Below are positions 13,349 through 23,200 of a DNA stretch of 64,000 bases, piece after piece (position 1 is the first letter of the stretch; each line of letters begins with the position of its first letter). Origin of the DNA: Macrostomum lignano (taxonomy: Eukaryota). The notes beneath the pieces were generated by a model, which ran no database searches, was not told the DNA's origin, and was given only the letters and a program-made list of their open reading frames with translations. The position numbers and the translations under genes were made by a program. The stretch is taken from the NCBI GenBank assembly GCA_002269645.1, contig NIVC01000020.1, forward strand, positions 1,116,001 through 1,180,000, in the 5' to 3' direction.

Positions 13349-14100
13349 AAAAGTCTTCCTGTTGTCTTCCTGGTTTGGACAAATCATGTACAGTCAAAGC
13401 CGAAGTACTCTCGGAGGAAACAGACATGCTCTATTTGGAATGAATGTAGATATTGGGAATTGACCGGTAGTGATAAAAAGCTGAATGCAATTCGCAGCGA
13501 ATGCTTTTTTGACTGTTGAGGTTCCTAATTTAGCAGTCAGTGCTGAGTATTTGCCGCGAGCACGGGTTGCTGACTGCGTGTTGACTCATCCAGATTGGTA
13601 TGATTCTTTACGATGGCGCTCCCGCCAGTGCAATTCTTCAACTGGAATCCAGGGCAGGACCTCCGACTCGCCCAATGACTCAGCGCGGCCAGTCATGACC
13701 CGGACAGTCCGAACTTTATTCGGGGCTCACTTCCCGAATCAATTTGGTTATTGAGGCGGGCGGGGCTGCACTGCGAAGGTAGGCACTCCTGCTAGCTGAA
13801 TCAGTCCGCCAGGACCGGCGAGCTCCCGATTCAACTCGTGCGGCTCAACTGCCTCCCCGAGCGAGATTAGTTTCCCACTGCTGCCTTATCTAAATTGCTT
13901 TCGCATCCGTCCACCCCCCAGTTTTATCCTCAGAGAGAAAAAGCTTCGCTTTGCGCCCCAACAGAGCAGCCAGGGCCTTGCATTTTTTCTTTCAAAGCGG
14001 GTCCAGCAGCTAATTGGGTTAGGCGGTGCCCGTCCTCTTTTATCGCATCTCGCAGACTTTTATCCCCGCCACCGCCGCTCATCAACCAAGCCCGCTCGCA

Positions 14101-14108
14101 TATAAATA
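14101..14108 (+). promoter_or_regulatory. Candidate TATA box for the lectin gene
   Basis: TATAAATA about 450 bp upstream of ATG 14550. Confidence 0.35.
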
Positions 14109-14549
14109 GTCTCCGGTCCACTGTGCACTGTAATACTTTACTGCAGGGACTGCGTTGACCCGCTGGAATTGCTTTGAAGTAAATTCGTTCGAGCTTTGCA
14201 GGCAGAGGTTGCGGAGGCCGCGACCGGAGACTCAAATTCCTGTCTGTTTTTTTCAATCCCTTCGGAGTGAATTGCATGCAGTGCTTACTAGCGATATGCA
14301 GCATGGCATGATGCAATGCATCACAGGATATCTGAGCAATCTAAGCACTAAAGAAATGAAAAATTTAAATATTGGACTAAAAATGCTTCGCGCACTACTT
14401 AAAAAGCAGTAGTCACGCCAGAAATGAAATCATTGCTGCTAACGGCCAATCAAAGCTGCTGGACTGCCGCGTGCCTCTAGGCGTAAAGTGGGACAAAAAG
14501 CGGAGGGAAACGCTCAGACTCAAGTCAGAAACACTCAGAGCGGAAGGCA

Positions 14550-16012
14550 ATGGCTCAGTTAAGACTCCGCGCCCGCTGCCGCTGCTTCTGGCAGCAGCTG
14601 CTGCTTTCGCATTCGCCACCGGACTGGCAATCTGCAGCCAGAGCTTCCTGCGCCCAGACTCCTGCGCTCCGACCGCCTTGGCCAGCGCGGCCGTGAACTT
14701 CAGCGGCGCGGTCGGCAGCCTGCTGGCGTGCGCCCTCCGCTGCACCCGCACCGACTGGTGCGCCGCCATGCTGGTGGGAAGAGCGACGACAGCGACTGCG
14801 AGCTCATCGATTCAATGCTGTTCTACGAGAGCTGGATCGGGCAGGGCGCCGACTGCCCGGACGGCCTGTACGAGAAGCATCAAGGTGAGACAGTTGGGCC
14901 AGGTTCCATAAGGCCGTTAGCCGGTGGGGCATTGTTTGCCCGCCAGAATTTCACCCACGAGAAGATCGACGTTTGCCCAACGCACACTTCCCCGCCACAA
15001 TGCATAGCTAGATCAATTTTAGCCTAGCCCACAGATACTATATAGTATATATGTAATATTATATAGTATCTGTGGCCTAGCCTAGTTTAGCGTTATGATC
15101 AACTAGTTGTTGAAAATACATCTAGTTGGAGCGAGTGTGGGAGTTTTTGTACCTGTAGCTATTAGATGTAGATTAAACCAAGATTGTCTTGATCCAATTC
15201 AAGCCCTGATAAATTATATTTTGGACTCAAGGTTTCAAATTACGGGTCATTCAAAAGGCTAAAGTTCATTTAATGTCACCGCGGGTCTCAGCTTGTTAGT
15301 GCGCCCGGAATAGCTGGGTTGTTCGGGGTGGCCGCTGTTTCGAACATCTTTCGGGAACCCCTACCAGAACCCAAATCCCGATCCTGAAGTACACAAACTG
15401 GATTAACTGAGTCAGGGATCAGACCTAAGCGTAATAAAAAAATTGCGTATACATCTGCTGCGTTATAAAGTGCCGAACGAAGTAGCAAACTTAGCCTCTA
15501 GTTTAGCTTAGTGGGCCGGTTAAGTAACGTTTCTCTATTATGGCCTACATGTAGCCATGGAAGAAAAAGGGCAACTGATGATAATAATTGAGTTTCCCAA
15601 ACCTGCAGGCAACGAGTGGCTGGCATTCTCCAGCTGCGAGCAGAAAGACGTGACTCACAATGCGTCGTGCGGCCGGGCAATGGACAGAAACACCAACAGG
15701 GTCTTTTACGATGGCTCCTGCACTCACACCAATACCAGCGCCCACAACTGGTGGCGGGCCAGCCTGCCTCAGCGGGCCTACATCGATCACGTGGTTTTGT
15801 ACAACCGTCTGCAGTCTTCTGCGGCATACAGGCCCAACAACTTCACCATCAGCCTGGACGGTGCCGTGTTCGCGTCCTACTTCGAGCCCAGGAGCTTCTC
15901 AGTGAAGTACTTCGGCTGCAACCGGGTGGGACAGACCGTACAGGTGGACCAGCACTTCTCCGATATTCTAACCCTATGCGAAGTGATCGCCTATGGCAGG
16001 TGGTTTCCTTGA
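14550..16012 (+). CDS. Secreted PAN/apple-like + F-type lectin (FTP / F5-8 type C-like) protein; two 1-bp frameshifts in exon 1 (pseudogene or assembly error)
   Basis: Exon 1 14550-14884 encodes a hydrophobic signal peptide and SLLACALRCTRTDWC...C, and needs one extra base at CCC 14572-14574 and one at GGG 14776-14778. GT-AG phase-1 intron. Exon 2 15609-16012 has SCTHT...WWRASL...IDHVVLYNR...LTLCEV. Confidence 0.75.
15030..15074. mobile_element. 45-bp hairpin micro-element with 8-bp TSD
   Basis: Perfect 15-bp TIR CACAGATACTATATA; TSD GCCTAGCC at 15022-15029 and 15075-15082. Confidence 0.8.
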
Positions 16013-16261
16013 CAACGCGATATTAACGACCGGCCAGACATTTTCTCCTGACATACCAGCTCTCAATTGTTTTGAGAATTTCTTTGCCATCCATCAGCTG
16101 AATTTTTTCTCAAATGCTTCAACTAAGAGCCAATTATTTTTGCATAGCGGCTGCTGCTGCTGGAGTCTGTGAATCAATAAACGCTAAATTTGGCTGCAGC
16201 ACAGGCATTGCAGCTGAAACTCATGAATTGAATCCATAATTACGTGCATTAATTGGCCGCA

Positions 16262-17243
16262 GGAGCTTGTGGAAAGCATCTTCCCGGAGGAGTGAGTGGC
16301 TGCTGCACGCAGAGCTTGGGAAAAGCATCTTCCCGGAGGAGTGAGTGGCTGCTGCACGCAGAGCTTGGGAAAAGCATCTTCCCGGAGGAGTGAGTGGCTG
16401 CTGCACGCAGAGCTTGGGAAAAGCATCTTCCCGGAGGAGTGAGTGGCTGCTGCACGCAGAGCTTGGGAAAAGCATCTTCCCGGAGGAGTGAGTGGCTGCT
16501 GCACGCAGAGCTTGGGAAAAGCATCTTCCCGGAGTAGTGAGTGGCTGCTGCACGCAGAGCTTGGGAAAAGCATCTTTCCGGAGGAGTGAGTGGCTGCTGC
16601 ACGCAGAGCTTGGGAAAAGCATCTTCCCGGAGGAGTGAGTGGCTGCTGCACGCAGAGCTTGGGAAAAGCATCTTCCCGGAGTAGTGAGTGGCTGCTGCAC
16701 GCAGAGCTTGGGAAAAGCATCTTCCCGGAGGAGTGAGTGGCTGCTGCACGCAGAGCTTGGGAAAAGCATCTTCCCGGAGGAGTGAGTGGCTGCTGCACGC
16801 AGAGCTTGGGAAAAGCATCTTCCCGGAGGAGTGAGTGGCTGCTGCACGCAGAGCTTGGGAAAAGCATCTTCCCGGAGGAGTGAGTGGCTGCTGCACGCAG
16901 AGCTTGGGAAAAGCATCTTCCCGGAGGAGTGAGTGGCTGCTGCACGCAGAGCTTGGGAAAAGCATCTTCCCGGAGTGAGTGGCTGCTGCACGCAGAGCTT
17001 GGGAAAAGCATCTTCCCGGAGGAGTGAGTGGCTGCTGCACGCAGAGCTTGGGAAAAGCATCTTCCCGGAGGAGTGAGTGGCTGCTGCACGCAGAGCTTGG
17101 GAAAAGCATCTTCCCGGAGGAGTGAGTGGCTGCTGCACGCAGAGCTTGGGAAAAGCATCTTCCCGGAGGAGTGAGTGGCTGCTGCCCGCAGAGCTTGGGA
17201 AAAGCATCTTCCCGGAGGAGTGAGTGGCTGCTGCACGCAGAGC
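16262..17243. repeat. 49-bp minisatellite, ~20 copies
   Basis: Unit GAGCTTGGGAAAAGCATCTTCCCGGAGGAGTGAGTGGCTGCTGCACGCA. Confidence 0.98.
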
Positions 17244-17720
17244 ATGTAGCAAAAGAAAACGAGTCAAACAAAGTCGCCAAATGAATTAATAACAAAAATG
17301 TCAGCCGCGGCAAGAGTTGGCGCGCGGAGTTGCGCGTCGCCTAAATAATTATTGATTATTGTATTAGTTAAAGCTAGCGAAACAGGCTGCTGTTAGTAGT
17401 GATATTTGAGTTGGAAAAACAAGCGAGAACAGGCTTGAAAAACTGAGTTGAAGTTTGAGAGCTGCAAAATCAGGAGGCAGTAAAAAAGGAGAACAGAAGC
17501 ACCGGTGTAGAAATTTGCAAAAGCGGGGAAATAAAGCCTAAGGATGATGAGTTATTGATAAACCTGCTGTGTGCTGGGCCACCTGACTTGAAGAAAAGCA
17601 AAACTGAGCGAAAGGCTTGAAAATCTCGCACAGAAAATGCAACTGAGGGTTTGTAAAGCAGCCAAGCAAAATACTAAGCTGAGGGAAAACATTGAACAGA
17701 TCTGAGCCAAGTCTGTGTGC

Positions 17721-18950
17721 TCAGCCCCAGAAGATGGAGTGGTGGCTGAGGCCGGGCCGCAGGCGGGTCTGGCACACGGGGCAGGGGAAGCTGGGCCGGC
17801 CCCGGGCCCGCTGCTCCACCTTGCCGATGCAGCTGGAGCAGAACAGGTGGCCGCAGAAGGTGGCCATAAGGTGCTTGCCGCTGGCCGGGAAGGCGTCCAG
17901 GGAGTCCAGACAAACCGGACAGCTCGGCAGGTTCAGCGGCTGGTGGCTGCCGTCTGCGGCGCAAGAGGCGATCGGCTCAGCTGCCGCAGCAGCGGCTTCG
18001 GGCGATTCCGGCGCCGGCTTGCGGGTGTCGCGAGAGCCGCGCGGCAGGCTGAAGCCCGCGGCCTCCTCGCCGCCGTCGCGCTCCCAGCCGGCGTAGACGC
18101 GAGCGTCCTCGGGCTCGGCGCGGGCCGCCTCCTCGGTGTTTTCGTCGCTGTCCAGCACAACCAGCCCGAGGCCCTGCTGAATGTGCACAATGTGCATTCC
18201 CTCGTGAACTCGAAAATCGTGCACCACCACGTCCTGGTCCGCGCTGGCCAGGCCGTCGTCGTCCTCCAATGACTCCAAGTCGCTGATGTCGAGGTCGTTG
18301 AGGATCATCCGCATGCGCAGCATGTCCCCGGCGCCCCAGTCCGACATGTCCATCGAGTCCACCGTGTCCAGCGAGTCCAGCGACAGCGAGTCCCAGGCCA
18401 GATGGAAGCCCGGGCCGACGCTGCCGCCGCCGCTTCCAGCGCGCGCACCGCCGTCGCCACCGCCTCCGCCACGACCGCCTCGTCCGCGGCGACGACGTCG
18501 TCGGGCTCGGCGACCGCCGCCTCGGCCGGGATCGACCGCAGCGCTTGCGTCGCCGTCACCGCTGGCTGGCGGTGGCTCCGGCGGTCGAGCTGGCGGCGGC
18601 GAAGGTAGTGAGAAATTCGAGAAAACCGGAAACCCGCGCCGCGGCTGCTGTTCCAAATTTCCGCCGCTGCCGCCGTTGCCTCGTCCGCCACGACCGCGGC
18701 CGCGACCCCTGCGCGAATTGTAGAACACCTGCGAGCCGATGCCGCCGTCCGGGCTGCCGTCGCTACGACCGACACAGGCGCCGCGACCCCGGCCTCCCCG
18801 CTGCCGCGGCTGGCCGCCCCTGCCGCCACCGCCTCCCCGTTGACGGTCAGTCCAAGACCCAAGGCCGCTGCTCCAGGACTGAAGTATTAAGCGAACTTTG
18901 CAGCTATTTACACTGTATGCAACACTACAAGTCCGGTACATAGCACTCAT
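17721..18950 (-). CDS. RNF4-like C3HC4 RING E3 ubiquitin ligase with RGG-rich N-terminus; start uncertain
   Basis: 409-aa ORF. C-terminal CPVC...ATFCGHLFCSSC...CPVC...HHSIFWG resembles the RNF4 RING; acidic/hydrophobic SIM-like stretches (DVVVHD, LVVLDSDE). Confidence 0.8.
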   Translation of the reverse strand: MSAMYRTCSVAYSVNSCKVRLILQSWSSGLGSWTDRQRGGGGGRGGQPRQRGGRGRGACVGRSDGSPDGGIGSQVFYNSRRGRGRGRGGRGNGGSGGNLEQQPRRGFPVFSNFSLPSPPPARPPEPPPASGDGDASAAVDPGRGGGRRARRRRRRGRGGRGGGGGDGGARAGSGGGSVGPGFHLAWDSLSLDSLDTVDSMDMSDWGAGDMLRMRMILNDLDISDLESLEDDDGLASADQDVVVHDFRVHEGMHIVHIQQGLGLVVLDSDENTEEAARAEPEDARVYAGWERDGGEEAAGFSLPRGSRDTRKPAPESPEAAAAAAEPIASCAADGSHQPLNLPSCPVCLDSLDAFPASGKHLMATFCGHLFCSSCIGKVEQRARGRPSFPCPVCQTRLRPGLSHHSIFWG

Positions 18951-19357
18951 ACCTACTACTTAAAGTATAACCTAGCGGTTGACATACGCTGGTAAAAGAA
19001 AACTCAAACACCAAATCTGGGTGAAAAACTTCAAGCCAGCAGATAGGAAGCAGTGTCTCGTGTATTAAAACTGACATTCAGAAAAAAACAATAATTGAAA
19101 AAGTTTTTATAAAAAAAGTTAAACGTGGTCGACAAGCAGAGCGGAGGGCTTCAGAGCACCGGCAAAGGTTAAAACAAACTGGATTGGGGAAGCGGCGAAG
19201 TCCTCAACAGAAGACTGCAGACAGCGATAGGCCAGATTAGCACGGCAAGCGGGAATACTTGAGCTGCTGCTGACAAGTCAGTGGGCTGATGGTCCACAGT
19301 GAGTGTAGCAACAGAGGCTATGCTAGGAGAGGAGGCTGTGCAATTCAGGGGGCTGCT

Positions 19358-19812
19358 CTGCCTGAGGAACTGGGAGGCTGGCTGCTTAGCCTGAGGATCT
19401 GGGAGGCTGGCTGCTCAGCCTGAGGATCTGGGAGGCTGGCTGCTCAGCCTGAGGATCTGGGAGGCTGGCTGCTCAGCCTGAGGATCTGGGAGGCTGGCTG
19501 CTCAGCCTGAGGATCTGGGAGGCTGGCTGCTCAGCCTGAGGATCTAGGAGGCTGGCTGCTCAGCCTGAGGATCTGGGAGGCTGGCTGCTCAGCCTCAGGA
19601 TTTGGGAGGCTGGCTGCTCAGCCTGAGGATCTGGGAGGCTGGCTGCTCAGCCTCAGGATCTGGGAGGCTGGCTGCTCAACCTGAGGATCTGGGAGGCTGG
19701 CTGCTTAGCCTGAGGATCTGGGAGGCTGGCTGCTTAGCCTGAGGATCTGGGAGGCTGGCTGCTCAGCCTCAGGATCTGGGAGGCTGGCTGCTCAACCTGA
19801 GGATCTGGGAGG
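19358..19812. repeat. 29-bp minisatellite, family shared with 23380-23934 and 43328-43973
   Basis: Unit GCCTGAGGATCTGGGAGGCTGGCTGCTCA. Confidence 0.97.
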
Positions 19813-20261
19813 GGCAGCTGCTCAAAAAAGGTAAGATTGGCCCCTTCAGCACGGACTTGCCAGCCAGATAAAGCAGTGCGGTCGCAGAAGCGATGGTCCA
19901 ATTAAAAGGGCAGTAAACATTTGGAATAATAAAAAGCGACGGTCGATAAACAAAGTGACGCTATACCGTTAAAACAGGCAGCAAGGCTCGGATAGCATCA
20001 GTATTCACTATATATGGCATATAACAGCATTGTATTATATATACAAGGGCTAATATAGAGGAACCAAGGTACAATTAGTCCCGATTCCCGGACATCCTGA
20101 TCGGGGCAACAGGAAGTGCATGAGAAATACTGCACAATAAGCGACAAGGAGATCCAGGTGATGAGAAATTCTGGGAATTAGCAGAGAAACTGGCAGTTGA
20201 GCAGCCTGTAGGCGGCATGTATTTACACTGAGAATTCAATGCCTATTGAGTCAGGGCAGCC

Positions 20262-23200
20262 CTACTGGAACAGCGACACCAGCGCCTTGGCCGCCTTGGC
20301 GATGTCAAAGCAACACTGGATCACCCGCTGGGTGCGGCGGCTCAGGTCGGCCGGGGCGGCCCGCGCCCGGCACTCGTGGTCCAGCGTGTCCGCCGCCGAC
20401 AGCAGCGCGTCCACCGCCTTGGCCTGGTCCTGCCGAGTCTGAGGGGCGGAGATTCAGACAGGTATTAATGAGGGGGAATTAGTTGCTGGGGCGAGGATTC
20501 AGACAGGTATTAATGAGGGGGAATTAGTTGCTGGGGCGAGGATTCAGACAGGTATTAATGAGGGGGAATTAGTTGCTGGGGCGAGGATTCAGACAGGTAT
20601 TAATGAGGGGGAATTAGTTGCTGGGCGAGGATTCAGACAGGTATTAATGAGGGGGAATTAGTTGCTGGGGCGAGGATTCAGACAGGTATTAATGAGGGGG
20701 AATTAGTTGCTGGGGCGAGGATTCAGACAGGTATTAATGAGGGGGAATTAGTTGCTGGGGCGAGGATTCAGACAGGTATTAATGAGGGGGAATTAGTTGC
20801 TGGGGCGAGGATTCGGACAGGTATTAATGAGGGGGAATTAGTTGCTGGGGCGAGGATTCGGACAGGTACGAGCGTATTAATGAGGGGGAATTAGTTGCTG
20901 GGGCGGGGGTTCGGACAGGTATTAATTAGGGGGAATTAGTTGCTGGGCTGGTGGTTCGGACAGGTATTAATGAGGGGGAATTAGTTGCTGGGCTGGGGGT
21001 TCGGACAGGTATTAATTAGGGGGGAATTAGTTGCTAGGGTGGGGAAAGCTGAGGTGTCTAGTGCCTATGGTTGGGAGCTAGGATCATACATAACGTGTAA
21101 ACGGTAAACGGCCCGAAGCTTCATAGCACAGGAGTGTGGCAACCAGCCTACCCTGGGAATGACGGTGGCCATGTGCAGCACTGAGTTCCGAATGGCGGCC
21201 GCGCACTCCGGGAAGCACTCGTGATTGCCCTGCCTGGCCGCCTCCAGCAGCTTGTAGATGCGCCCCGTCACTGCTTCAGTCAGCGCCACCACCTCCTCCT
21301 GAGTTGGCGCCGGTCCCGGAGCCGGGCGCGGCGCCATAACGGGCTGCTGCGGTGGCGCTGAGGCAGACGGTTTCGCTGCCGGCAAGGCCGAGCGCTGGTG
21401 CAGCGGCGGCGGCGCCTGCGGCTTGCGAGTCGGAGCGCCGACCAGCGGAGTGGCGGTAGCGGCAGCCTCGCGCTTGGCCAGGCTGGAGCCGATGATCTCC
21501 CGCACCAGGCGGTCGCACTCGGCCTCCTCGTCGGACTCGGGCGGCGGCTGGTCATAGTCAGCCTCGTCCGGCAGCGGCGGCGGCGGGGGCGGCGGTGACG
21601 GGTCCGGGTTGCTGCTGTCGCCATTGGCAACGCCGACTTCCAGGGCCGACAGCGACGGCTCGCCAACGTTTTCGTAGAGGGGCGGCGGCGGTGGAGGCGG
21701 CGGCGGCTCCCAGCGGGTGGCCGGCGGTGCCTCAGTGTCGGGCCCGATGGTGGTGTGCGGCCGCTGCTGCTGATGCTGGGCTCGCCAGTTCGGTGCCGGC
21801 ACAGCCGATGAAGACAGTCGAGCGGCTGCTGGGGCGGCAGCTGGGGTGGCAGCTGGGGCGGCGGCTGGGGCAGTTGCTAAGGCAGATTTAGCAGTAGGTG
21901 GAGGCAGCTGAGGCGACGATGAGGCGGGAGGCGCAGGGGGCGGAGGTGAGGCGTCCCGCGCCTTGGCCAGCAGTTCAGCGTTCTGCAGTGGGAATAGAAT
22001 TGGGGTTTCGGTGCAAAACTGGAAAGACCTGGCAATGCCAAGTGACAGACAAAAACGCTGCTTAAGTAAGGAACGCCTCACCTGTCTCTGCAGCATCTCA
22101 ACCTGCAGCCGCAGGGCTCTGTTCTCCTCCAGCAGCCGGTCGTGAGAAGCTTTTAGCCGAAGAACGTCCTCCTGCGACACCGGGACCTGGGGGAGGGGAA
22201 GCGCCACTGTAGTTATTCGTTCAACTGACACGCTGAACCAGCAGATAATACTCATAGTAGTGGTAGAGAAAGCAAAAATTCACCTCTGCGCTCGGCTCGG
22301 CAGCCTGCGGCCCGCTGACCGCCGACTCGCTGAGGTCGGACACGCGGCAGAGGCTGCTCTTGGTGGACTCGGAGGTGGCCGCCGCGGCCGACTCGGCCAC
22401 CGCCTGGGATGCCGCGCCGTACAGGGCGGCCAAAGCGGCCTTGAGAGGGTCGGCAGCGGCCTCATCGGCTGGCTGCGACTGCGGCGGTGGCAGAGGAGGC
22501 GGAGGCGGCGGCGGGGCCGGATTCGGCTGCTCAGGCTCTTCACGGTCGGGAGCCGCTGAGCAGGAGGCGGCCTAAGTGCGGGATTAAGGGTGTTTGAGCA
22601 GTCAGTTAAAGGCACGGGGGCGACTCTCTCAGAGAACACTCTCAGTCCATTGCGGTAATCGCACGATAAGCCCCAGGCCAGTCCACGACACAGTCAAGTC
22701 GCCTCAGAGTGGCTGGAGTCACCAGTGAGTTGCTTGCAATGACTCTAGCGACTCTTGTCACGGTATCGTCTTCAGCGGGAATTTTCGCGCTCGAGCCTCA
22801 AATGAATGCGGCCGCGCACAGAATCGAACCTTTGGCGCAAGAGTCGGACGTGTCACCCCTGAGCTTCCCCCTGAGCGGCTCACTTGTCTCTGCCTGTTTG
22901 GGTTGATGCTGGCGTACTCAGAATCAGCTGGCACGATGTCGTACACCGGATCCTCGGACAGGCCGTTGTCCAGGCTCCGGGACATGCCACCAGAGGCGGC
23001 GCCGGAACCCGAAGCGAGCGTGCGAGACGGCGAAGATTCGAGAGCTGGCGCCGGCGCCGGTGGCGCGGAGTTCGGGGGGTCGGCAGAGTGCCGGGCGCAG
23101 AGGCTGGGCGCGACACCGCTCCGCCTGGCGGCCTCCTCCAGGGCGTCGCCGAGCAGCACGCCAAACTCGCGCACGCTGAGGCGGCCAAGTTTCTGCCTGC

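Noticed and set aside
16184-17313. ~350-aa minus-strand ORFs
   Set aside because: Translations of the 49-bp repeat
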